The translations under genes were made by a program, and so were the position numbers. 64,000 nt of DNA from Akkermansiaceae bacterium. Its GTDB lineage: Bacteria > Verrucomicrobiota > Verrucomicrobiia > Verrucomicrobiales > Akkermansiaceae. Location of the stretch: contig JBPOGF010000002.1 of assembly GCA_051251915.1 (NCBI GenBank), forward strand, positions 64,001-128,000, given 5' to 3'. The notes under the pieces were generated by a model. The model was given only the letters and a program-made list of their open reading frames with translations. It was not told the origin of the DNA and did not search any database. Positions 10,136-18,255 of the stretch are shown here, piece by piece; the stretch's first letter is position 1, and every line of letters starts with the position of its first letter.

Positions 10136-10954
10136 TTAGCTCTGGAGGACTTCGAGAGTGGCTGTGTAGCTGGCTCTTTTTGAGTAAGGGACGCCTTCGA
10201 TTTCTTTTTTGTCTGATTCTGTGCTGGTGTTGAGCCAGTATTTTCCTGGGCCGGACCATTTGACGGTGAATTCACCTTTTTCGTTGGTGGTGAGTGTGAG
10301 TTCGGTGACTTTGTCTTGGTATTGGTCGTTGCCTTTGATGACGGTGATTTCTAGTCCTGCGGCTGGTTTGCCGTTGTGGAGGAGGATGAGTTGTGCGTCT
10401 TCGTCTTCTACGAGGTCATTTGGGTGTGACTTGGAGTAGTCGATTTCTAGGCCTTTTCCTGTGAGTTTGAGGGCGTCTAGTGTGGGGGCTCCGTTGGTGA
10501 CGAATGCGACTGTTTTGGAGTCGCTGTCTGAGAGTCTGACGCCTTCTTTTTTGGCGATTTCTTGTTTGGTGAATTCTTCAAGTGTGCCGGACCAGCGCTG
10601 GCGTTTTTCTCCTTCTCTCCACATGGCGCCGAGGCCGGATCTGTAGGTTTGGATGAGGTAGGTGCCTTTTTGGTTTAGCTGGAGGTCGAAGGTGCTTTTG
10701 AGTTCGCCTGAGTGTGGGTTAGCTGGTTCTACTGGGGTTCCGTCTGGGGCGAAGATTTGTAGGCTTTCGAGTCTGGCTGCGTTGTGGTTGGCGATGAAGA
10801 GATCGTTTGAGATGCAGGCATCGAATGTGACCCAGGCGTTCTCACCTGAGATGACGGATGTGGATGGGTTGATCCATGCTTTGTGGGCGTTGGAGCTGAG
10901 GACGCTAGATGCTAGGAGAGCTAGTGTTAGGGTGATAAATTTTGGTTGTTTCAT
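10136..10954 (-). CDS. DUF4198-family periplasmic protein
   Basis: Signal peptide ending AH..W..P; HPNDL, NGKP, T.EKGEF.V.W..PG.YW; usual neighbour of DUF2271/apbE. Confidence 0.75.
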   Translation of the reverse strand: MKQPKFITLTLALLASSVLSSNAHKAWINPSTSVISGENAWVTFDACISNDLFIANHNAARLESLQIFAPDGTPVEPANPHSGELKSTFDLQLNQKGTYLIQTYRSGLGAMWREGEKRQRWSGTLEEFTKQEIAKKEGVRLSDSDSKTVAFVTNGAPTLDALKLTGKGLEIDYSKSHPNDLVEDEDAQLILLHNGKPAAGLEITVIKGNDQYQDKVTELTLTTNEKGEFTVKWSGPGKYWLNTSTESDKKEIEGVPYSKRASYTATLEVLQS

Positions 10955-10976
10955 GATGTTGTGTTTATGGTTGATG

Positions 10977-11486
10977 TTATTGTTTGGGTGTATTTGTTAG
11001 AGTGATGTCGCCGAGTTCTTCAGTTCCTTTGATGGTGGGTGTTTCTGTGGTGAGTTGTTTGCCGTCCCATTTGAATGGGATTTTGATGAGTTCGCGGCCG
11101 CCAACTTCACGGGCGGCTTCTACGTAGAGTGTGTATTCTCCTTGTTGGAGTTCGGTGATGTCTTCGGTGATGTCTACGGTGTGTTTTCCTGGTGGGCGAG
11201 TGGGGCTGGTGACTCCGTCGATGGGGAAGTCAAGTTTACGGCCGGATGAGCGCCACCATTTGCGCATGTCTTTGAGCCATTCTTCGCCTTTTTTGGTGTC
11301 TTTGTTGATTTGGTACCAGACGAGGATGTTTTTGATGGTGGCTTTGTCTGGGCTTTCTACCCAGGCTGCGATGTAGGGTTTGTGGTATTCTGAGACGTCG
11401 ATTTGAGGGACGTTGATTTCTAGTGTGTGGGCACCAGCTTGCGATGAGGCTAGGGCTGCTAGGGTGATGATGTGTTGTTTTTTCAT
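10977..11486 (-). CDS. DUF2271 periplasmic protein (putative FMN-modified)
   Basis: YHKPYIAAWVE, WLKDMRKWWR, DGVTSPTR, VEAAREVGGRE. Confidence 0.85.
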   Translation of the reverse strand: MKKQHIITLAALASSQAGAHTLEINVPQIDVSEYHKPYIAAWVESPDKATIKNILVWYQINKDTKKGEEWLKDMRKWWRSSGRKLDFPIDGVTSPTRPPGKHTVDITEDITELQQGEYTLYVEAAREVGGRELIKIPFKWDGKQLTTETPTIKGTEELGDITLTNTPKQ

Positions 11487-11509
11487 GGTTGATTATTTGT
11501 TGGTGAAAT

Positions 11510-12127
11510 TTAGTGGATGAAGAAGATGACGATGATGACTGGGAGTAGGATGCCGAGGGCGACTACTGGCCAGGTGGTGGGGCGGCGTCTGCTGTGGACC
11601 CAGAGGAGGCCGATTCCTGTTAGGGTGAAGATGATGCAGGCGACGGAGAAAATGTCCATGAACCAGCCCCAGACGGAGCCGGTGTTACGGCCTTTGTGGA
11701 GGTCATTGATGAATGAGATGGAGCCTCGGCTGGTTTTCTCGTAGATGAATTCGCCGGTGAGTTGGTCGAGGCTGAGCCATTCGTTTTTGCCTGGGCTGTC
11801 GTGGCTGAGGTAGATTTCTTCGTCTTCGATTTGTGGGGTAATGCTGGCGATGTTGCTTTCGAGTTTGGTGTTGAGGTAGTGGATGACTTTGGGGTCGATG
11901 GAGTCTGGATTATCTGTGAGTGATGTGGTGAGAGCGGCAGGGAGTTCGCCGGTGATCTCTGAGACGACTGGCTTGGTGGTGATGCTTTTGGCGTTGTTGA
12001 GGGTGAGGCCGGTGATGGCGAAGAGGAGGAGGGTGGTGAGCGAGATGGCGCTGCTGACCCAGTGCCAGATGTAGAACTGTTTGATGAGGACAGTTTTGAA
12101 TTTTTTCTTTTTTACAGTTCTGCCCAT
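11510..12127 (-). CDS. PepSY-associated TM helix protein
   Basis: WHWVSSA..LLLFAITGLTLN; NDLHKGRNTG..W..DIF; several TM helices. Confidence 0.85.
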   Translation of the reverse strand: MGRTVKKKKFKTVLIKQFYIWHWVSSAISLTTLLLFAITGLTLNNAKSITTKPVVSEITGELPAALTTSLTDNPDSIDPKVIHYLNTKLESNIASITPQIEDEEIYLSHDSPGKNEWLSLDQLTGEFIYEKTSRGSISFINDLHKGRNTGSVWGWFMDIFSVACIIFTLTGIGLLWVHSRRRPTTWPVVALGILLPVIIVIFFIH

Positions 12128-12804
12128 TGTCTGATGAGGTTGTGATAGATGCCAGTGAGCTTGACTGCGTTTTGGTCAATGATGCTGCCGGCTTCTGAGT
12201 GTGCGGTGATGTTTTGGATGGAGGAGTCTAGGTCGAAGAGTAGTGCGCGGTGTTGGTCATCTTTGACCATGCTCTGGATCCAGAAGAATGAGCTGACTCT
12301 GGCGCCTGAGGTGACGGGAGTGACGTGGTGGAGGCTGGTGGAGGGGTAGAGGATCATGTGGCCGGCGGGGAGTTTGACGGTTTGTGAGCCGTAGGTGTCT
12401 TCGATGTGGAGTTCACCGCCTTCATATTCGTCCGGGTCTGAGAAGAAGAGGGTGGCGCTGAGGTCGGTACGGATTTTCTGGCTGGTGCCGGGGATGTAGC
12501 GGATGGCGTTGTCGACGTGGGTGCCGAATGTTCCACCGCCTTCGTATTTATTGAACATGGGTGGGAGGACGGTGTTAGGGAGTGCGGCGGATAGGAAGAG
12601 GGGATTGGTGCTGAGGGCTTGGGTGATGCGTGCTCCAATCTCGCGGGCGATGGGGTCTTGGATATCGAGCTGGAGGTTGCTTTTGACGTTTTTTGCTTGT
12701 TGGCCTGCGGTGTGGGAGCCGTCTTGCCAGTTCGCTTGGTCGAGTTGTTGTCTTATTTCTTGGACCTCGGTGGGTGAGAAGACGTCTGGAATTTGGAGAA
12801 TCAT
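12112..12804 (-). CDS. piuC: Fe(II)/2-oxoglutarate-dependent hydroxylase, PiuC/YbiX type
   Basis: PPMFNKY, HVDNA, RTDLSATLF, YEGGEL, YPSTSLHHVTPVTSG.R, YHNL.RQWAE. Confidence 0.92.
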   Translation of the reverse strand: MILQIPDVFSPTEVQEIRQQLDQANWQDGSHTAGQQAKNVKSNLQLDIQDPIAREIGARITQALSTNPLFLSAALPNTVLPPMFNKYEGGGTFGTHVDNAIRYIPGTSQKIRTDLSATLFFSDPDEYEGGELHIEDTYGSQTVKLPAGHMILYPSTSLHHVTPVTSGARVSSFFWIQSMVKDDQHRALLFDLDSSIQNITAHSEAGSIIDQNAVKLTGIYHNLIRQWAEL

Positions 12805-12825
12805 GTTAGTAGTGTTTATAAAGTT

Positions 12826-12865
12826 AAAAACGCTCTAGGTGCACGGTTAGTAGCACCTAGAGCGT
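12826..12865 (-). terminator. Intra-operon hairpin with U-tract between the TonB receptor and piuC
   Basis: 13-bp perfect stem acgctctaggtgc (12830-42) / gcacctagagcgt (12853-65) with an A-run on +. Confidence 0.7.
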
Positions 12866-12890
12866 GAATTGCCCATGGAAAAAGCAATGT

Positions 12891-15017
12891 TTAGAATGAG
12901 TAATTTACGGTGAGTGCGGCTGATCTTCCTTCGCCTGGGATGAAGTGACCACCGCCTACTTGGTCGACATATTCTTCGTTTGCTAGGTTAAGGATGTTTA
13001 GCTGGACTGACATGTCATCGTTGACTTGGTATGTGGCTGAGACGTCTACTGTGGCGTATCCGTCAGCTGTGTTGGTGCCGCCGTTGGTTCTTTCTCCGAT
13101 ATAGCGGACACCGCCTCCGAGGGTGAAGAAGTCAGTGGCTTGGTAGGTGGCCCAGATGGAGAAGCTGTGTTTAGGGCTGTTTCCTAGGACGTCGCCGACT
13201 GCTGTGGGGTCTAGAGATTTTTTGGTCTCTGTGTCGAGGTAAGTGTAGCCTGCGAAGATGCTGATGTCTTCTGTGATTTCACCGGTGGCTCCGAGTTCGA
13301 ATCCCTGGGATACGAAATCTCCTGCGAGTTCGTAGTCTGAGCCTCTGCCTTCGCGAGATCTGGCGTTGTCTTTATTGGTTCTGAAGATGGCGGCGTTTAG
13401 GCTGAGGCGATTTTCGAGTAGTGTCCATTTGGTTCCTAGTTCGAAGGATGTGGATTCTTCTGGGTCTAGGGCGGCGGTGTTATCACTGAGTGATAGTGTT
13501 TCAGCAGATGGGTTTACTGACGTGCCGTATGCTAGGTAGATGTTACCATTTGAGGTAGGGGCGTATGCGATGCTTCCTTTCCAGCTTACTGTGTCGTTCG
13601 TCTGTGTGTAGGTGTCTGTGGAGACGTATTTTGCATCCATGTGGTCATATCTAGCGCCACCGTTGAGGGTCCATTTTTCGCCGAGTTTGATGGTGTCGTA
13701 GAAGAAGAGGCTGAATGTGTCTAGTGTGCCTACTGTGGAGCCTGTTTCGACGATGTCTGTGGTGTAGCTGTCACCTGGTGTTGGGTTGAATAGGTCTGTG
13801 TTGGGTGCGTTATCGAGGTTGTTGTCGGTGCGGCTTGTTCTGACGCTTTTTTCTGAGTTGTATTCCATTCCTGCGACGATGTCGTGCTGGATGGCTCCTG
13901 TTTCTAGTGAGAGGTTGGAGTCGAAGAGGAGGGTTTTGATGGTGTTGGTCTGGAGTCTGGATTTGAAGTCAGTTCGTCTGATTTCTGTTTCTGATCCTGA
14001 GACGAATCGTGGTGCGGTGGTGATGGAGTCACGGTGAGTTCTGCCGTAGCGGGCGAGGGCTCTGACTTTGAAGTCTTCTCTGATGGTGTGTTTGAGTTCG
14101 GCGGTGAGGATGTCTGTGTCGGTTTCCTCGTAGTCTCTGTCTGCTAGGCCGTAGTAGTTAGAAAAATCTACATCTGGAGCTGAGCCGTTGAGCCATGGGA
14201 TGCCGTAGTCTGGCTGACCTTCCATGGACATGTGCATGTAGCTGAGGGTGATTTCAGTGTCTGTTCCGAGGCCGAATGAGATGGTGGGTGCGATTCCCCA
14301 GCGTGAGCTGTCGACGTCTTCTCTGCCTGCGAGGTCAGAGGAATTGCGCATGAGGTTGAGACGGAATGCGCTGTTTTCTAGTGGGAGTGGCTGGTTGTAG
14401 TCTAGTGTGGTGCGGTAGAAGGCGTTGGTGCCGACTCCGAGTGAGAGGTCGGTGAATTTGTCGAGGGTGGCTTTTTTAGAGCTGAGGTTGATGGAGCCAC
14501 CTGTGGAGCCACGGCCTGAGTCTGTGGAGCCGGGGCCTTTGGCTACTTCGATTTGTTCGATGTTGAATGGGTCACGGGTGTAGCCACCGATGTCGCGGAC
14601 GCCGTCTACGTAGAAGTCATTGATGGATGAGAAACCTCTGATGGAGAGTTGATCCCCTGCTGGGGTTCCGCCTTCTCCTGCTTGGAGTGAGATTCCTGGG
14701 ACGTTGCGGAGAGCGGCTTGGATGGTGGTGGCGTTTTGTTGTTTCATGAGATCTTTGTTAACGACAGTGATCGTTTTAGGAATCTCTTTGAGTGGAGCGG
14801 TGAAGCGTGGGGATGAGAGTTGGGTTGGGTTTAGCTCGTTTTGGGCTTGGCCGACGGCTACTGTGTCTGCGAGATTTTCTACTGTTTCAGGCTGGGTAGT
14901 CTGCGCTTGGAGATTACCTCCGAGTAGCATGGCTCCGGCGAGACTTCCTGCAAATGCGGTGTGGCTTCGTTTGCTGGATGGTCTGATGTGCTCTGGTGTG
15001 TGTTGTTGGTTGTTCAT
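12891..15017 (-). CDS. TonB-dependent siderophore receptor, Fiu/PiuA-like
   Basis: ALRNVPGI, AGEGG, IRGF, DGVRD, EQIEVAKGP, GGSINL plug motifs; C-terminal NL.NEEY...GRSA.LTVNYSF. Confidence 0.92.
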   Translation of the reverse strand: MNNQQHTPEHIRPSSKRSHTAFAGSLAGAMLLGGNLQAQTTQPETVENLADTVAVGQAQNELNPTQLSSPRFTAPLKEIPKTITVVNKDLMKQQNATTIQAALRNVPGISLQAGEGGTPAGDQLSIRGFSSINDFYVDGVRDIGGYTRDPFNIEQIEVAKGPGSTDSGRGSTGGSINLSSKKATLDKFTDLSLGVGTNAFYRTTLDYNQPLPLENSAFRLNLMRNSSDLAGREDVDSSRWGIAPTISFGLGTDTEITLSYMHMSMEGQPDYGIPWLNGSAPDVDFSNYYGLADRDYEETDTDILTAELKHTIREDFKVRALARYGRTHRDSITTAPRFVSGSETEIRRTDFKSRLQTNTIKTLLFDSNLSLETGAIQHDIVAGMEYNSEKSVRTSRTDNNLDNAPNTDLFNPTPGDSYTTDIVETGSTVGTLDTFSLFFYDTIKLGEKWTLNGGARYDHMDAKYVSTDTYTQTNDTVSWKGSIAYAPTSNGNIYLAYGTSVNPSAETLSLSDNTAALDPEESTSFELGTKWTLLENRLSLNAAIFRTNKDNARSREGRGSDYELAGDFVSQGFELGATGEITEDISIFAGYTYLDTETKKSLDPTAVGDVLGNSPKHSFSIWATYQATDFFTLGGGVRYIGERTNGGTNTADGYATVDVSATYQVNDDMSVQLNILNLANEEYVDQVGGGHFIPGEGRSAALTVNYSF

Positions 15018-15088
15018 GGTTGTATTTTCGTATGTGTGTGAAGCTGGTTCTGATGTAGTCTGCTTGCTGACTGCGTGGCATCGATAAC

Positions 15089-15107
15089 GCTATTGAGATT
15101 CATTATC
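15089..15107 (-). promoter_or_regulatory. Fur box
   Basis: - strand GATAATGAATCTCAATAGC matches 14/19 of GATAATGATAATCATTATC, about 70 nt upstream of the receptor start. Confidence 0.7.
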
Positions 15108-15207
15108 AACAATAAAATAGAGTGTTTTTGTGTGTTGAGGTGTTAGTGGTTGATATTTAGATGGTAGTGTGTTTTTTTTATTGTGATCCGGTTGGGCTAT
15201 ATGGGCA

Positions 15208-15250
15208 CAAAAAAGCCACCAAGTCAGCACATAGTCATGACGAGGTGGCG
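15208..15250 (-). terminator. Probable terminator of the PEP-CTERM gene
   Basis: A-run followed by imperfect stem gccacc..gtca / tgac..ggtggc. Confidence 0.5.
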
Positions 15251-15276
15251 TTAAAGAGCTCGGATTTTAATTTAGA

Positions 15277-15930
15277 TTACCTACGTTTTCTTAGAAGTAG
15301 AGTGAATCCTGCGAGGCCGAGAAGGGCTGTTGAGGATGGTTCTGGGACTGCTGTGATGGTGATGTTGTCTAGGCCAGTATCGATTCCTGCTGAGCCACCT
15401 GAGTTGTCGGTAAATGTTAGAACGCCAGTAGCTTCAGTAGCTGTGAATCTGAATGTAGCGACAGTGCCTCCGTCTCCATTTGTGGTGTCTGAACCAGAAC
15501 CGGATCCTAATGTGCTGCCTCCACTTGCGAATGTTCCAGCCATAGTAGGAGTATTGTCGGTTCCTGTGAAGAGTCTGATAACTTCGAAAGAGACTTCGTA
15601 TTCTTGAGCTATATCGAGGCCAGAAATCGTTTGAAATATAGTGCCATTTGCCGCAGCACCACTTTCATTGAATACGGCGTATTGATCACCAGCAGCTTTA
15701 CCGGTGTCTGCAGGAGCTGCTGGGTCGCCGTCAGCAAGGATGTTCACATTTCCAGTTGTGTTTCCAGTGAATGTCCATCCAGTGATAACGTCGACGCTGG
15801 TAGCGGCCCAGCTGTTATCGGCTACAATTTGAGTTTGGAAATCTCCGTTGACTACTGTGATGGCAGCTTGTGATATTCCTGAGGAGGCGATGGTAAGTAT
15901 GGATAAAGTTGATAAGATATTTGATTTCAT
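15277..15930 (-). CDS. PEP-CTERM sorting-domain surface protein
   Basis: Signal peptide (..ISQA); NGDF..W start; C-terminus VPEPSSTALLGLAGFTLLLRKRR. Confidence 0.92.
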   Translation of the reverse strand: MKSNILSTLSILTIASSGISQAAITVVNGDFQTQIVADNSWAATSVDVITGWTFTGNTTGNVNILADGDPAAPADTGKAAGDQYAVFNESGAAANGTIFQTISGLDIAQEYEVSFEVIRLFTGTDNTPTMAGTFASGGSTLGSGSGSDTTNGDGGTVATFRFTATEATGVLTFTDNSGGSAGIDTGLDNITITAVPEPSSTALLGLAGFTLLLRKRR

Positions 15931-16063
15931 GGTTTAGCGAGGATGTCATGATAGTGGTTGTTTATCAACATGATATAACCCACCAGTAGATATCAATAAT
16001 CCACATTATTATGTTTTCTGATTAGTTTGAAGACCCGAGAGCAATCATACACTATGAATAATC

Positions 16064-17533
16064 TTAGAGATCATCGGGTGCCCAGTCAGGGATACCTTTT
16101 TCTTTGAGTTGTTTATCGTAGAGTTTAGCGAAGGGTTGGTCTTTGGGAGCGATGGTGGGGAGGCCTTCGTTTACCATGAGGGGGAGGGCTGATTGCCACC
16201 ATGTGTCGTAGGCTTTGCGGAGTTCTGCGACGACTTCTGGGTGCTGGGCTGAGACATCGGTTGTTTCACTTGGGTCTTTGGTGATGTCGTAGAGGTTTTT
16301 GTTGTTTACGAATCTCCATTGTTGGGTGCGGACGGCGCATTTTTTGTATTTGAAGGAGTCTAGTTTGCCTGCTGGCCAGCGTCCGCAGTGGATGAAGAGT
16401 TGGCGGTCTGGTAGGGTGGATTTTGGGTTTTCGAGTAGGGGGAGTAGTGAGCGGCCTTCTAGTTGTTGCATTTTTTCTGGGAGTTTGGCTCCTGATAGGT
16501 CGGTGAAGGTTTTGTAGAGGTCTAGGTGAGCGGATAGGGTGTTGATGTCTACTCCTGGCTCTAGGATGCCTTTCCACTGGGCGAAGAATGGGACGTGGGT
16601 GCCGCCTTCGAAGGGTGAATTTTTGCCGCCTCTGAGTCCTGCTTTGAAGTGGGGGATTTCTTTGGTGCTGCCTTTTCCGACTCCGCCGTTATCGGTCATG
16701 AAGATGACGAGGGTGTTGTCGAGTGCGTTCCATTCGGTGAGTTTGGTGATGAGTTTGCCGAAGTTGTCGTCGATGTTTTCGATCATGCCTAGGCGGCCAG
16801 CTGAGTCTTTACTGCTGCCTAGATCGAGGAAGCGTTTTTTGTAGTTTTCTGGTGCGATGAATGGGCCGTGTGGGGCGTTGAGGGAGATGTAGGCGAAGTA
16901 GGGTTGGTTTGCTTGGTGTTGTTTTTTGATCCAAGCTAGCCCTGCGTCGAAGAAGAGGTCGGTGCAGAAGCCTTTGGTTTTAACGACGGTGTCGTTGTGT
17001 AGGAGGATGTTGTCGAAGTAGGTGTTGGTGCCATTTTCTGGGAAGTCGCCGAATTGGGTTTGTCCGATGCCTCCGGCTCCGTGCATGATGACTTCGTCAA
17101 AGCCTCGGTTATGGGGGAGATATTCGGGTTCGTCACCGAGGTGCCATTTGCCGAAGAGTCCGGTGGTGTAGCCTGCTGATTTTAGCATTTGAGGGAGGGT
17201 GAAGACGTCTAGTGCCATGCGCTCGCGCTGGAGGATGGTGTGGGTGACGCCGTTTTTGAATGGTGCGCGTCCGCTCATGATGGCTGCACGTGAGGGTGCG
17301 CAGGTGGGGCTGACGTGGAACTCGGTGAAGCGGGTGGCGCCTTGGTAGAATTTATCGATATTTGGGGTTTTGACGAGTTTGTTTCCCATGCAGGAGAGGT
17401 CTCCCATGCCTTGGTCATCTGTGATGACGAGGACGATGTTGGGTTTGCTTCCGGCGATGGATTTTTCTGCAGCTACTGCGGTGGTGGTGCAGGCTGCTAG
17501 CGCGGCGATGGCGAATGATAGGTGTTTTTTCAT
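16064..17533 (-). CDS. S1 arylsulfatase
   Basis: PNIVLVITDDQG, SPTCAPSRAAIMSG, GKWHLG, TDNG; signal peptide. Confidence 0.95.
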   Translation of the reverse strand: MKKHLSFAIAALAACTTTAVAAEKSIAGSKPNIVLVITDDQGMGDLSCMGNKLVKTPNIDKFYQGATRFTEFHVSPTCAPSRAAIMSGRAPFKNGVTHTILQRERMALDVFTLPQMLKSAGYTTGLFGKWHLGDEPEYLPHNRGFDEVIMHGAGGIGQTQFGDFPENGTNTYFDNILLHNDTVVKTKGFCTDLFFDAGLAWIKKQHQANQPYFAYISLNAPHGPFIAPENYKKRFLDLGSSKDSAGRLGMIENIDDNFGKLITKLTEWNALDNTLVIFMTDNGGVGKGSTKEIPHFKAGLRGGKNSPFEGGTHVPFFAQWKGILEPGVDINTLSAHLDLYKTFTDLSGAKLPEKMQQLEGRSLLPLLENPKSTLPDRQLFIHCGRWPAGKLDSFKYKKCAVRTQQWRFVNNKNLYDITKDPSETTDVSAQHPEVVAELRKAYDTWWQSALPLMVNEGLPTIAPKDQPFAKLYDKQLKEKGIPDWAPDDL

Positions 17534-17700
17534 GTTAGGGTGTTTTTGCTAATTAGTGTTTAATTTATATATGAGAATAGGGGATAAGGAAATCATAGTT
17601 TCAATAATAAGCCTCTAATTCATATAAATAATTTGACAAATTCTCGACCCCTTGGATGTTGAGTTGCTGACAAGCCTTGTAAATTCTGAGGCGAACCACG

Positions 17701-18042
17701 ATGACTACTTTTCGCCACAAAATCCATTCTCACGCCTCGATACCTTGCCTCATCGCATTGGTGGTATTGCTTGGCGGTAGTCTGGTGAGCTTTAAGACAG
17801 TCATTCAGAAAAAGTCGACACCGTCCAGCGGTGACAAGGTGAGTCATATAGCGGATGAAGGGGGGCTTCAGTCGGGGGCGGATCGATACATTCCGGTGCT
17901 AAGCAACGGTTCCTCTGAGAGCGAACTTAGGGTGTTAGCGTCAAAACGAGTCAGCATTGATTCTAGCAATAAGCATTTTGAACTTGGTAGTCGATCTGGT
18001 CTTGTCCAGGGCCGCGCTCCACCGTTTCAGCTTCTTTTCTAA
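17701..18042 (+). CDS. Putative secretion-monitor ribosome-arrest peptide (RAPP type) upstream of secA
   Basis: N-terminal hydrophobic segment CLIALVVLLGGSLVSF; polar linker; C-terminal QGRAPPFQLLF* (RAPP at 18013-18024); co-oriented 213 nt before secA. Confidence 0.7.
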   Translation: MTTFRHKIHSHASIPCLIALVVLLGGSLVSFKTVIQKKSTPSSGDKVSHIADEGGLQSGADRYIPVLSNGSSESELRVLASKRVSIDSSNKHFELGSRSGLVQGRAPPFQLLF

Positions 18043-18255
18043 ACGCAACTCATTGTTACGATACTGGCTCGGCTTATATAGGTTGGGGTGTAGGTTTTAT
18101 AAATGAGGTGATGCGTATCTTATATTCACCTTCGATTGTGAGGGTGTATTATCTGCCATGTTTGGCAGAATATCGCCGTTTCTGCGGCATCCAATTTTAT
18201 AACAAACCAATTTTTTTGCGGTTGGAATACTATCCGCACAACACCATTTCATACA

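Noticed and set aside
17620..17847. 75-aa minus-strand ORF overlapping the RAPP uORF
   Set aside because: No motif; the + strand ORF has a coherent signal-plus-arrest architecture and the right orientation to secA
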